Assembly (NCBI GenBank): GCA_942493265.1 | Contig: OW818688.1 | Location: forward strand, 4,191,147-4,255,146 | DNA length: 64,000 nucleotides | Direction of reading: 5' to 3' | Source of the DNA: an uncultured Bacteroidota bacterium | Lineage (GTDB): Bacteria > Bacteroidota > Bacteroidia > Bacteroidales > UBA12481 | In this document: positions 21,702 through 31,064 of the stretch, piece by piece | Layout: every line of letters begins with the position of its first letter | Numbering within the stretch: position 1 is the first letter of the stretch | The notes under the pieces: generated by a model | What the model was told of the DNA's origin: nothing | The model's input: only the letters and a program-made list of their open reading frames with translations | Databases searched by the model: none | Made by a program: the position numbers and the translations under genes

Positions 21702-23360
21702 ATGATTAAAAACCTGTTCACCGCCGCGTCGCTGTTCCTGATGTTTATGCTCCCGGAGATGGGATTATCAAAGGACGGATATCCCCGCAGTCCGGGAATC
21801 GACATTCTCCATTACTGCTTCCGTATAAACCTGAACGACAGCACGAACCGCATCGATTGCAAAGCGGATATCTCAGCTGGCATAACCATGGAGGCGAAAA
21901 GTATCGCACTCGACCTTACAGGAGTCAGCGGGTTGGGAAAAGGTATGCGTGTAGACCGGGTAATGTGGGAGGAGAAGCCACTGACCTGGAACCATGAAAA
22001 CAACCGGCTCAAAATAGAAATTCCGGACACACCAAGAACCTCTGCGGTGTTCATTTGCACGGTATATTATTCAGGCATTCCGGCCGACGGACTGATCATT
22101 TCGAAAAACAAATTTGGGGAGCGCACCTTTTTCAGCGACAACTGGCCCGACCGTGCCAGAAACTGGCTGCCTTGCGTGGATCATCCATCGGATAAGGCCA
22201 CGGTTGAGTTTATCATAACTGCGCCGGAAAATTATGAAGTGGTCAGTAACGGGTACATTGTGTCAGAATATACAGTAACAAGCGATGCAATGGGCCGCCA
22301 GAAAGTCACACACTGGAAGGAAAATGTGCCGATCCCGACTAAGGTGATGGTGTTTGGAGCGGCAGACTTCGCCTGGACCACAGCAGGTTTTTCCCATGGG
22401 ACCCCGGTACAGAGCTATGTTTATGCTCAAAACCGGGAGGCAGGCTTTACGGATTATAATCCGGCAGTTGACATTATGACTTATTATCAGGATCTGATCG
22501 GTCCATACAGTTATGAAAAACTGGCAAACGTTCAGTCAAAAACCATGTTTGGCGGAATGGAGAATTCAGGATGCATTTTTTACTATGAGAATTCGGTTAC
22601 CGGGAAGAATAAATTGCACAGTTTGCTGGCCCATGAAATTGCACATCAATGGTTCGGAGATGCAGTAACGGAAAACGACTGGCATCATGTTTGGCTGAGT
22701 GAAGGATTCGCAACCTACCTGGAAGCCTGCTATGCCGATTCGCTTATTCCCGGAAGGCAACTGGATGCCAGTATGGCGGAAATGCGGAAATCCGTTGTTG
22801 AGTACTACAAAAGGACGCATAAGCCGGTGATTGACACTACAATAACCAACAACATGGAGCTGCTGAGCACCAATTCCTATCAGAAAGGTGCCTGGGTTTT
22901 GCACATGCTGAGGCAGGAGGTGGGTGAAACCTTGTTTTGGAATGGCATCCGCACTTTTTACGCCACCTACCGCGACAAGAATGCCATGACCGCCGATTTT
23001 CAAAACGTCATGGAACAGGTCTCCGGACGGGATCTGAATGCTTTTTTCCGACAATGGCTGGAAATTCCCGGACAACCTGACATCCAATGGTCATGGACCT
23101 GGAATAAAAAGAGAGGCGAAGTGGAAATAATCATTGAACAGACTCAAAGTCATTTCAATTTTGCTTTTTCCCTGCCGGTTCAGGTTTGTGGGAAACCGTC
23201 GGCTGCTGATCCTGCGGTGCCCGGCTATTCGGTTGAATATCAGGTTCCGGTGAGTGAAAAAACCACCAAAATCGTACTTCCTGCAGATTTCCCGGTAAGT
23301 GAAATCCGTCTGGATCCTCATTCACACCTGCTTTTTCAGGAAGTTCTATTGAAAAAATAG
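21702..23360 (+). CDS. M1-family zinc aminopeptidase
   Basis: 552-aa ORF with a signal peptide, GMEN exopeptidase motif (MFGGMEN), HEIAHQWFG and WLSEGFATY. Confidence 0.9.
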   Translation: MIKNLFTAASLFLMFMLPEMGLSKDGYPRSPGIDILHYCFRINLNDSTNRIDCKADISAGITMEAKSIALDLTGVSGLGKGMRVDRVMWEEKPLTWNHENNRLKIEIPDTPRTSAVFICTVYYSGIPADGLIISKNKFGERTFFSDNWPDRARNWLPCVDHPSDKATVEFIITAPENYEVVSNGYIVSEYTVTSDAMGRQKVTHWKENVPIPTKVMVFGAADFAWTTAGFSHGTPVQSYVYAQNREAGFTDYNPAVDIMTYYQDLIGPYSYEKLANVQSKTMFGGMENSGCIFYYENSVTGKNKLHSLLAHEIAHQWFGDAVTENDWHHVWLSEGFATYLEACYADSLIPGRQLDASMAEMRKSVVEYYKRTHKPVIDTTITNNMELLSTNSYQKGAWVLHMLRQEVGETLFWNGIRTFYATYRDKNAMTADFQNVMEQVSGRDLNAFFRQWLEIPGQPDIQWSWTWNKKRGEVEIIIEQTQSHFNFAFSLPVQVCGKPSAADPAVPGYSVEYQVPVSEKTTKIVLPADFPVSEIRLDPHSHLLFQEVLLKK

Positions 23361-23495
23361 GAAAAACTGACAACTTTGCCGATCGGTAAACGTTTTAAAA
23401 ATGGCATGATTTATGCTTATATCCATATATCTACATATATTTGTGTCGTAGATTGAATGAAACGTTAAATTCTGATAATTAATTACTTAAATAAA

Positions 23496-23963
23496 ATGAG
23501 AAAATCAATTCCGGTAATCCTGATCACCCTGATGGTGGCCTTAGGAAGTTTTGCCAGTGTTCCGGTAACCAACGGACCCGTAGCAGAATCCAAACCCATT
23601 ACGCTTACAAAGAGCGAATTCATCAAACGTGTGATGGATTACGAAAAGAACAAAACCGAATGGGTTTACAAGGGCGACAAGCCTGCCATTATTGACTTTT
23701 ATGCTGACTGGTGTGCACCATGTAAAAAGGTAGCACCGGCACTGGAAGAACTTGCATCAGAATATGCCGGAAAGGTATATATCTACAAGATCAACATTGA
23801 CAAGGAGCCTGAGCTTGCCGGGTTATTTGGTGTGAAGAACATCCCTACCTTCCTGGTTGTTCCGATGAAGGGCAAACCACAGATGTCGTCGGGTGCCAGC
23901 AGCAACCACGCCGAGAACAAAACCCGTTTCAAGAAAATTATTGACGAGGTGCTACTTAAGTAA
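23496..23963 (+). CDS. Exported thioredoxin
   Basis: 155-aa ORF with a signal peptide and the WCAPCK active site. Confidence 0.9.
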   Translation: MRKSIPVILITLMVALGSFASVPVTNGPVAESKPITLTKSEFIKRVMDYEKNKTEWVYKGDKPAIIDFYADWCAPCKKVAPALEELASEYAGKVYIYKINIDKEPELAGLFGVKNIPTFLVVPMKGKPQMSSGASSNHAENKTRFKKIIDEVLLK

Positions 23964-23976
23964 TACCCGTTGGGTA

Positions 23977-24651
23977 CTACTCATTCAAATACTTCAGCAG
24001 TCCGGGCTTATTGAGGATTTTTACGGATCGGTTTTGAGCGGCAATCAATCCCTCATCCTCAAGTTCACCAAGTGCCCGGGCTACTGATGGCCGCGCAACG
24101 CCAAAAAGATCTGCCAGTTCCTGCTGACTGGCAGGAATCCTGATAGTTGCATTCTGATCCTGTTTGAGACCGATCAGATAATGTGCGATTTTTCCCTTTA
24201 TAGTTTTAAAGGAGAGGAACTTGATCTTTTTCGAAAGGAACTGGGCCTTTGACCCAACCAGATTCAGGTAGTTCATCTGAATGGTTTCATTCATGCGCAG
24301 CAGCTTAAGAAACTCGCTGCGATAAATCACCAGCACCTTCACCGGTTCATTGGCTACCACATCCACCGGAAACCTGTTTTCATTGCCAAAAAGAAAGGCT
24401 CCGGCCAATGGTTTCGGAGCAGGCACATCCTCAATCTTTATGATATGACCTGAAAAATCGGTCATTTCTCCCCGGGCTGAGCCGGCTAGCAAAATCATCA
24501 AACGGTTAACCTCCTCACCCTGAATAGCCAGAATTTCATCTTTATTGTACGATTTCACCTGAAACTGCAGTTTCTCAAAAAGTTCAAGCAGGGTATCAGT
24601 CGGAACCCCCTTTAATATGGGGCATTGGGAAGCACTTTCGATCCAATTCAT
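23977..24651 (-). CDS. Crp/Fnr-family transcriptional regulator
   Basis: cNMP-binding-like beta-roll plus a C-terminal HTH (QQELADLFGVARPSVARALGELEDEGLI). The track ORF extends to 24726. I prefer ATG 24649-24651 (MNWIESAS...), which leaves a 77-nt divergent intergenic region. Confidence 0.85.
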   Translation of the reverse strand: MNWIESASQCPILKGVPTDTLLELFEKLQFQVKSYNKDEILAIQGEEVNRLMILLAGSARGEMTDFSGHIIKIEDVPAPKPLAGAFLFGNENRFPVDVVANEPVKVLVIYRSEFLKLLRMNETIQMNYLNLVGSKAQFLSKKIKFLSFKTIKGKIAHYLIGLKQDQNATIRIPASQQELADLFGVARPSVARALGELEDEGLIAAQNRSVKILNKPGLLKYLNE

Positions 24652-24663
24652 AACATCACGAAT

Positions 24664-24681
24664 ATTGTAACAATTGTAACA
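24664..24681. promoter_or_regulatory. Candidate Crp/Fnr-type operator (tandem ATTGTAACA x2; TGTAA-N6-TAACA)
   Basis: A perfect tandem 9-mer at 24664-24672 and 24673-24681. Read as TGTAA-CAATTG-TAACA it matches 8 of 10 positions of the CRP-type TGTGA-N6-TCACA. It lies in the divergent region next to the Crp/Fnr gene. Confidence 0.35.
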
Positions 24682-24685
24682 TTTT

Positions 24686-24710
24686 TTTGCCAAAAAAGAA
24701 GATAGATTTG
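24686..24710 (+). promoter_or_regulatory. Candidate Bacteroidota sigma-A promoter for the ferredoxin-domain gene
   Basis: TTTG at 24686-24689 and a perfect TAnnTTTG (TAGATTTG) at 24703-24710, 18 nt before ATG 24729. The spacing between the two elements is shorter than I expect for this promoter class. Confidence 0.35.
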
Positions 24711-24728
24711 CCACAAAATAAGACAAAA

Positions 24729-25706
24729 ATGAAAAGGGAAATTATAACTATCGATGAGGACCTTTGCAATGGATGCGGATTGTGTGTACCCAATTGTCAT
24801 GAAGGAGCCTTGCAGATCATCGACGGGAAGGCCCGTCTGGTCAGCGATTTAATGTGCGACGGGCTCGGAGCCTGCATCGGACATTGTCCGGAAGGAGCCA
24901 TTACCATTGAGGAGCGCGAGGCCGAGCCATACGATGAGATCAAGGTGATGCATCAAATGATTGGCAAAGGGAAAAACACCATGATAGCCCATCTCGGTCA
25001 TCTGAAGGAGCATGGAGAAAAAGAATTTCTGCGCCAGGGGGTAAAATTCATGCTGGAAAATCAGGATAAGCTGGATTACAATGCGGATGATGTGCTGGAA
25101 GCCGTGCATAACCTGCCGATGGGAAAAGGAGCAAAAGCAAAAGAGGAGCATCAGCACCATGATCACGGTAGTCATCACGAACAACATAAGCATCACGGTC
25201 ATCACGCTCACAGTCATGCAGCTGAAGAGATCAGTGGCGGATGCGGATGTGCGGGTTCAAAAACTCAGACCTTCGCACCCATCCCGGTTGAGCCATTCTC
25301 CGGCCGGCCGGTTGCCTCAGCACTTACCCACTGGCCTGTACAGATGCACCTGATCAATCCGCGCGCGGGTCATTTCCAGGGATCACACTTATTAATGGCT
25401 GCGGATTGCACGGCTTTCAGCCTGGGCAATTTCCATCCCGGATTCCTTCAGGGCAAAACACTGGCAATAGCCTGTCCGAAACTCGATTCCAACCGCGAAG
25501 TTTATGTTGAAAAACTGAAGATCCTGATTGATGAGAGTGAGATCGATATGATGACCGTCATGATCATGGAAGTTCCCTGCTGCTCAGGTCTCCTTCAGAT
25601 GGTTGAACTGGCCCTTTCGCAATGCGTGAGGCAGGTACCTGTTAAGCTTATCATTGTATCGGTGGACGGGCAGATCAAGCAGGAAAAATGGCATAAAATT
25701 GCCTGA
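24729..25706 (+). CDS. 4Fe-4S ferredoxin-domain protein with His-rich linker and Cys-containing C-terminal domain
   Basis: Start taken at ATG 24729 (MKREIITIDEDLCNGCGLCVPNC). The second cluster motif is CDGLGACIGHCP. His-rich run HQHHDHGSHHEQHKHHGHHAHSH. The C-terminal domain carries conserved-looking Cys residues (DCTAF, IACPKLD, VPCCSG). Confidence 0.75.
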   Translation: MKREIITIDEDLCNGCGLCVPNCHEGALQIIDGKARLVSDLMCDGLGACIGHCPEGAITIEEREAEPYDEIKVMHQMIGKGKNTMIAHLGHLKEHGEKEFLRQGVKFMLENQDKLDYNADDVLEAVHNLPMGKGAKAKEEHQHHDHGSHHEQHKHHGHHAHSHAAEEISGGCGCAGSKTQTFAPIPVEPFSGRPVASALTHWPVQMHLINPRAGHFQGSHLLMAADCTAFSLGNFHPGFLQGKTLAIACPKLDSNREVYVEKLKILIDESEIDMMTVMIMEVPCCSGLLQMVELALSQCVRQVPVKLIIVSVDGQIKQEKWHKIA

Positions 25707-25742
25707 CCGGATTACCGTGTAAGGAAGGGCAATCGCTCTTCC

Positions 25743-27209
25743 TTATGCGGTCATTTCGAAGCAGGCAAATACTTTATTCAAAGCCTCACGGGTTTCAGAA
25801 AGCACAAATAATTTATCATTGGCTTCCAGAATGGTGGCCCCATTTGGGGTAATATACTTGCCATCGCGCTCAATCATAGAGATCAGGGTAGTTTTAGGCA
25901 ATCCCAGTTGAACCACAGGCTTGCCAACAGCGCTGCACTCCTGAGGAATTACAATCTCCGTGAGAAGAGACTTGATACTGTCAACCAGTTCAAGATCGGT
26001 GTGGGTGCGTTGCTTGGCCTTTTCAGGCAAGATCAGGTGCAGCCATTTTGCGACCTGCGGTAAACTTGTTCCTTGAATAAGCACAGAAGTTACGGAGATA
26101 AAAAACACAACATTGAAAATCATCTGTGCCTTTTCGGCCCCGGCAATCAACGGATAGGTAGCAAAAACGATCGGCACCGCTCCACGCAAACCCACCCAGG
26201 AGATAAACCACCGGCTGCGGTTCCTGACCTTAAAGGGAAGCAGGCTCAGAAAAACGCTGGCTGGTCGTGCAATCAGAATAAGAAATACTGAGATTACCAT
26301 GCCAATGCCAATAACAGGAAGGATCTGGCTTGGGAAAACAAGTAATCCCAGGGTTAAGAACAAGATTATCTGCATGAGCCAGGCAAAACTGTCGAAAGAC
26401 TTGATTATTTTCTTTTTGTGAATCAGCTCCTGGTTCCCCAGATAAATGCCGCACAAGTATACCGCAAGGAATCCATTCCCTCCAACGAAATCTGTGGCTG
26501 AAAAGCTGAAGAACATCATCGCGATAAACAAAACAACATACAGTCCTTCAAAATCGAGCTTAATGCTATTTACGATCACCTTACCGATTTTCCCGAACAG
26601 CAGTCCGAGTACTCCCCCTAAAATGATTTGCTGAAAAAACAGCGGAATCGTACCCAGCAAACTGGCATCTTCATTAATCACCAATCCGGTAAACGCGATG
26701 GTCAGAATATAGGCCATGGCATCGTTACTGCCGCTTTCGAGCTCAAGAATGGGCCGCAAATTGCCCTTCAATGCCAGTTTTTTTGATCTCAGAATATTTA
26801 AAACTGCAGAAGAATCTGTTGCAGAGACTATTGAACCCAGCAATAATCCCTCATACAGGGTAAAATCCGTTATTGCCCAAACAAAGACTCCGACAATCCC
26901 GGCAGTGAGTAATACTCCGAGGGTTGAGAGGGTAATTCCCTGCCAGAGAACAGGTTTTATCGCATTCCAGTCGGTATCGAATCCCCCGGAAAAGAGAATA
27001 AAATTCAAAGCGATAATACCTATAAACTGGGCAGTCTCCGGGTTAGAAAAATTGATTTTGCCGATACCTTCCGAGCCTGCCAGCATCCCGATAGCGAGGA
27101 ACAGGATTAAAACCGGCACTCCGAATTTATAGGATGTTTTCCCGGCCAGCAGGGAAATGAACAGCAGGATAGAGCCAACCAATAAAATATTTTCCGTAGT
27201 CAGATTCAT
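25743..27209 (-). CDS. K+/H+ (cation:proton) antiporter, CPA1 family with C-terminal TrkA-C domain
   Basis: Polytopic membrane protein with a soluble TrkA-C-like C-terminus (ECSAVGKPVVQLGLP...ILEANDKLFVL). I prefer ATG 27207-27209 (MNLTTENILLVGS) over the track start at 27341. Confidence 0.8.
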   Translation of the reverse strand: MNLTTENILLVGSILLFISLLAGKTSYKFGVPVLILFLAIGMLAGSEGIGKINFSNPETAQFIGIIALNFILFSGGFDTDWNAIKPVLWQGITLSTLGVLLTAGIVGVFVWAITDFTLYEGLLLGSIVSATDSSAVLNILRSKKLALKGNLRPILELESGSNDAMAYILTIAFTGLVINEDASLLGTIPLFFQQIILGGVLGLLFGKIGKVIVNSIKLDFEGLYVVLFIAMMFFSFSATDFVGGNGFLAVYLCGIYLGNQELIHKKKIIKSFDSFAWLMQIILFLTLGLLVFPSQILPVIGIGMVISVFLILIARPASVFLSLLPFKVRNRSRWFISWVGLRGAVPIVFATYPLIAGAEKAQMIFNVVFFISVTSVLIQGTSLPQVAKWLHLILPEKAKQRTHTDLELVDSIKSLLTEIVIPQECSAVGKPVVQLGLPKTTLISMIERDGKYITPNGATILEANDKLFVLSETREALNKVFACFEMTA

Positions 27210-27382
27210 TGAAATAAAATTCGGGTTCCTTTTTGGAAAAATACCAAACCCTGCTGAGACTTCCAAAATCCCGGCTCCAAAAAGGCTAAAGCATCGGCTA
27301 ATCAGCCACAGGTTGCGGAGTTCAATCTGCTGCTTCATCAACTTTTCATTAACTTCGCTTGCTAAATCAAGCCCGGACCACG

Positions 27383-30259
27383 ATGCCTCCAGCTGCTATT
27401 TTGAGAAAAACCTTCTGTTGTCTGATTGCCATAATTTGCATTCATCTATTTTCGATCCAAACCTTTGCGCAGGATTTTGGCGGATTTAAGCCGGGCATAA
27501 AATGGCAACAGTTCAACACTCCGGCTGTGCGGGTGATATTCCCGCAGGGGCTTGAACTCCAGGCGAGCCGGGTAGCCGGGAATATTCAGTATTTAAACGA
27601 TAAAAACCGTAGCAGCATCGGACCCTTATCGAAAAAAATCGATCTGATCCTCAACAATCAGGGAGTGCTTTCAAATGGGTACGTAACTTTAATGCCTTAT
27701 CGTTCTGAGTTTTACACCACCCCTCCCCAGGATGGGTTTTCACTTGGCACGCTTTCATGGCTGGATATGCTTTCCGTTCACGAATACCGGCATGCCCTGC
27801 AATACATGAACCTTCGGCAGGGATACACCAAATACGCCTGGTGGTTATTCGGAGATGCCGGCTGGGGAACCATGATCAACCTCACCACCCCAACCTGGTT
27901 TTTCGAGGGTGATGCAGTCGCCACTGAAACGGCACTATCGAATCAGGGCCGGGGGCGCATGCCTTCGTTTCTGCAGCCATATAAGAGTTTGCTGCTCACC
28001 GGAAGGAACTACACCTATATGAAGGCACGGAACGGGTCCTATCGGGATATGGTGCCTGACGCGTATGAACTGGGATACCTGCTGTGCAGTTATGGCAGGG
28101 AAAAATTCGGCAATGACTTATGGTCCAAGGTAATCACCCGTACAGCCTGGATGAACGGAATCATTTATCCCTTTTCGGATGCGGTGATGGTGCTTACCGG
28201 GTTGAATACCCGGCAGTTTTACAAAAAGGCTCTTGCCGACTATACAGAGACCTGGTCAAATGACCTGAGGAATATTGAAACCACGCCATTTACCACGGTA
28301 TCAGAACCCTCACGTACCGTTACGGATTACCGGTTTCCGGTATATCAACCCAACGGGAACCTGCTGGTTTACAAGAAAAGCTACAAGGAAACCGGTGCGA
28401 TTTACCAAATTGCCGGCGACGGATCGGAGCGGAGGATTTGCACAACCGGAATATCCTCAGACCCCTATTTTACGGCCAATGGCAAACAGATCACCTGGAC
28501 AGAGGTGACCTGGGATGAAAGATATTCTGCAAAGAATTATTCAGATGTAGTAATCTACCAGACAGACCGGTCCAGGAAAATCTACCTTACCCGGAAACAG
28601 CGGTATTTCTCACCGTCATTTTCGCCTGACGGCACCCGGATAGCGGTGGTTGAAATCGACTCAGCCGGAATTTCCAGAATAAAGATTCTGGACAGCCAGT
28701 CAGGAGTAGTCATGCACACCCTTCCCAACCCCGCTGAGCTGATCCACACCTATCCAAAATGGGATATTGACGGAAACAGTATAATCTGTTCAGCCAGAAC
28801 ACCGGAGGCCAATATGCTGATTATCAGCCAATCCATATCAACAGGCAAAATATCCGGATTAACTTCCGGATATAATCAGGTGATTGGCGAAGTTCTGGTA
28901 ACTCCGGAATCCATCCTGTTTACCTCAGGATTCAGCGGGATCAACAATATTTTTTCATTGTCACGGGCTGACGGGTCTATCAGGCAGCTCACCGGATCAA
29001 CATTCGGCGCGTATTATCCAGCCATCAGTCCCGACAATAAAGTGCTGGTTTATACAGATTACCATTCCCGGGGATACAGTCTGGTATCTGCCTCCGTTGA
29101 CTCCTTGCTCTGGAAACCGGTAAATCCTGAATCACAAAAAAGTGCAGATAAGTTCAACTTCAGCTACTTTCAGACTGAAGGCGGAAATATTTTCGATAAA
29201 ATCCCGGACCTGAAACCTGAGGCTGGTCCTTATCGCCCGCTCGGACATCCGGCCAGCATTCACAGCTGGAGCCTTTCGCCCACGGTTTATTCCACCGGAC
29301 TCAATATCACCTCCGACAACGTTCTGAACAATCTCCATTTTGAAGGCGGATTCCGGTATTATTATATCGAGGAGGCGCCGGGATATAATGCAAGCATTAA
29401 ATATGGCGGGTTCTATCCGGTTCTGTCGGCAGGGATCTCCCGATATTACCGGCATGCCGGAATATTGGAGGTTCTTACGGAAGGCATGTCCCGGGTAACA
29501 CAATCCGTTGACAATCAGATTTCACTAAATCTGGAGGTTCCCTTGAACTTTACCAAAGGGGCATTCTACCGCCAGGCGAATATCGGTATCGGCTACAACT
29601 TTATATCCGTCAAGGACCTCTCCGAAGGATTTAACACACCGGGTGATCCCTTTATAGTCAGCGCTCTGGAAGGAAATGCCAGTGTGACGATTAAAAAGAA
29701 AAGGGCATATCAGAATATCACCACACCGCTTGGACTGGGGTTGGAACTGACAGCCAATCATTCGATCGCCTTTACCCGGGGAATGCAGTATCAGGCGATT
29801 GCCGACTTTGCCATCCGCGGTCTGGCGCCCAATCATAATCTGGTATTGAGTGCAGGATGGAAATATGAGCCAGATCACAATGAGTACCGTTTTATGGATC
29901 TTTTCCTGTATCCAAGAGGTTACCAGACTCCGGCCTATGATTGGATGTTTACCCTGCAGAGCTCCTACCATTTGCCGCTGGCTTATCCGGATTTCGGATT
30001 TTTAGGCATTTTCTACTGTTCACGCATACGTGTATCGCTATATGCGGATTTCGGATATGCTTCGGCACCAGGCAGTTTAAACTTGAATTCAAACGGAATA
30101 CTGGGCTCCGCCGGGGCAGAACTGATTTTCGATACCCGCTGGTTAAATCTGGTGGATATCCCTATGGGAGTCAGGTTTTCTTTACTTTTAACCCCCGAGG
30201 CAAACGATCCGCCGGTAAAAATGAATTGGGAATTTGTTGTTCCGATAATAAGATTGTGA
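27383..30259 (+). CDS. Large exported protein: HExxH region + TolB-like PD40 repeats + C-terminal beta-rich region
   Basis: I prefer ATG 27383 (MPPAAILRK..., signal peptide ending TFAQ). HEYRH at 27779-27793. PD40-like repeats (FSPSFSPDGTRIAVVE, YYPAISPDNKVLVYTDY). Confidence 0.7.
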   Translation: MPPAAILRKTFCCLIAIICIHLFSIQTFAQDFGGFKPGIKWQQFNTPAVRVIFPQGLELQASRVAGNIQYLNDKNRSSIGPLSKKIDLILNNQGVLSNGYVTLMPYRSEFYTTPPQDGFSLGTLSWLDMLSVHEYRHALQYMNLRQGYTKYAWWLFGDAGWGTMINLTTPTWFFEGDAVATETALSNQGRGRMPSFLQPYKSLLLTGRNYTYMKARNGSYRDMVPDAYELGYLLCSYGREKFGNDLWSKVITRTAWMNGIIYPFSDAVMVLTGLNTRQFYKKALADYTETWSNDLRNIETTPFTTVSEPSRTVTDYRFPVYQPNGNLLVYKKSYKETGAIYQIAGDGSERRICTTGISSDPYFTANGKQITWTEVTWDERYSAKNYSDVVIYQTDRSRKIYLTRKQRYFSPSFSPDGTRIAVVEIDSAGISRIKILDSQSGVVMHTLPNPAELIHTYPKWDIDGNSIICSARTPEANMLIISQSISTGKISGLTSGYNQVIGEVLVTPESILFTSGFSGINNIFSLSRADGSIRQLTGSTFGAYYPAISPDNKVLVYTDYHSRGYSLVSASVDSLLWKPVNPESQKSADKFNFSYFQTEGGNIFDKIPDLKPEAGPYRPLGHPASIHSWSLSPTVYSTGLNITSDNVLNNLHFEGGFRYYYIEEAPGYNASIKYGGFYPVLSAGISRYYRHAGILEVLTEGMSRVTQSVDNQISLNLEVPLNFTKGAFYRQANIGIGYNFISVKDLSEGFNTPGDPFIVSALEGNASVTIKKKRAYQNITTPLGLGLELTANHSIAFTRGMQYQAIADFAIRGLAPNHNLVLSAGWKYEPDHNEYRFMDLFLYPRGYQTPAYDWMFTLQSSYHLPLAYPDFGFLGIFYCSRIRVSLYADFGYASAPGSLNLNSNGILGSAGAELIFDTRWLNLVDIPMGVRFSLLLTPEANDPPVKMNWEFVVPIIRL

Positions 30260-30267
30260 GGAGAACT

Positions 30268-31056
30268 ATGAAAATATTTCAGGTAGATGCATTCAGTTCG
30301 AGACTATTCAGTGGCAATCCGGCTGCAGTGGTGCCTTTGGAAGAGTGGCTTGATGATGAAACCATGCAGCGGATAGCCAAAGAGAACAACCTGGCTGAAA
30401 CGGCATTTTTTGTTCCAACGGGTGAAGGGTTTCATATCCGCTGGTTTACCCCGTTGGTTGAGGTTGATCTATGTGGCCATGCAACTCTGGCAACCACACA
30501 TGTATTATACCATCATCTGGGATTCGACGGCCCGGAATTGAAATTCTCATCGCGCAGCGGTCCCTTGCGGACTTTCCGCGAAGGCAAAAGATACGTTCTT
30601 GATTTTCCGGCTGATGATTATGATCCGGCCGAGATGCCCGATGGAATGCTTGAAGCGCTTGGCGGGCATGAGCCCATGTTCTGTTATCTGGGCAAAACGG
30701 ACTACATGCTGATATATGAAAATCAGTCAGTTATTGAAAACATGAAGCCTGACTTTGTGAAGCTGGGGAAAGTTAAGGCCCGCGGGGTGATCGTCAGCGC
30801 CCCGGGAGACTGGGTTGATGTTGTATCCCGTTTTTTCGGTCCCCAGGTTGGCATCAATGAAGACCCGGTAACGGGATCGGCGCATACCACCATGGTTCCT
30901 TACTGGAGCCGGCAATTAGCCAAAACTGAATTAACGGCCCGGCAATTATCGGAACGCGGCGGAGATCTCTTTTGCCGTAACCGTGGCAGCAGGGTGGAGA
31001 TCGGTGGTGAAGCCATCACTTTCCTGGAAGGTGAGATACTGAATATCAGCAAATAA
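30268..31056 (+). CDS. PhzF-family isomerase
   Basis: Start at ATG 30268 (MKIFQVDAFSSRLFSGNPAAVV, the typical PhzF N-terminus). The track ORF from 29941 overlaps the previous gene and is rejected as an over-extension. Confidence 0.85.
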   Translation: MKIFQVDAFSSRLFSGNPAAVVPLEEWLDDETMQRIAKENNLAETAFFVPTGEGFHIRWFTPLVEVDLCGHATLATTHVLYHHLGFDGPELKFSSRSGPLRTFREGKRYVLDFPADDYDPAEMPDGMLEALGGHEPMFCYLGKTDYMLIYENQSVIENMKPDFVKLGKVKARGVIVSAPGDWVDVVSRFFGPQVGINEDPVTGSAHTTMVPYWSRQLAKTELTARQLSERGGDLFCRNRGSRVEIGGEAITFLEGEILNISK

Positions 31057-31064
31057 GCAAATCA

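Noticed and set aside
24652-24728. 5' extensions of both the Crp/Fnr ORF (to 24726) and the ferredoxin ORF (from TTG 24687), which would overlap each other.
   Set aside because: The internal ATGs (24651 and 24729) give typical N-termini. They also free a divergent intergenic region that contains promoter-like and operator-like elements.
25720-25745. A hairpin, TAAGGAAG-N10-CTTCCTTA, between the convergent ferredoxin and antiporter genes. A similar imperfect hairpin lies at 23960-23980.
   Set aside because: Neither has a flanking T-run on either strand, and both overlap stop codons. The evidence is too weak to call terminators.
29941-30267. 5' extension of the PhzF ORF that overlaps the end of the 958-aa gene.
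   Set aside because: The extension has no PhzF similarity. The canonical PhzF N-terminus (MKIFQVDAF) starts at ATG 30268, just after the upstream stop.
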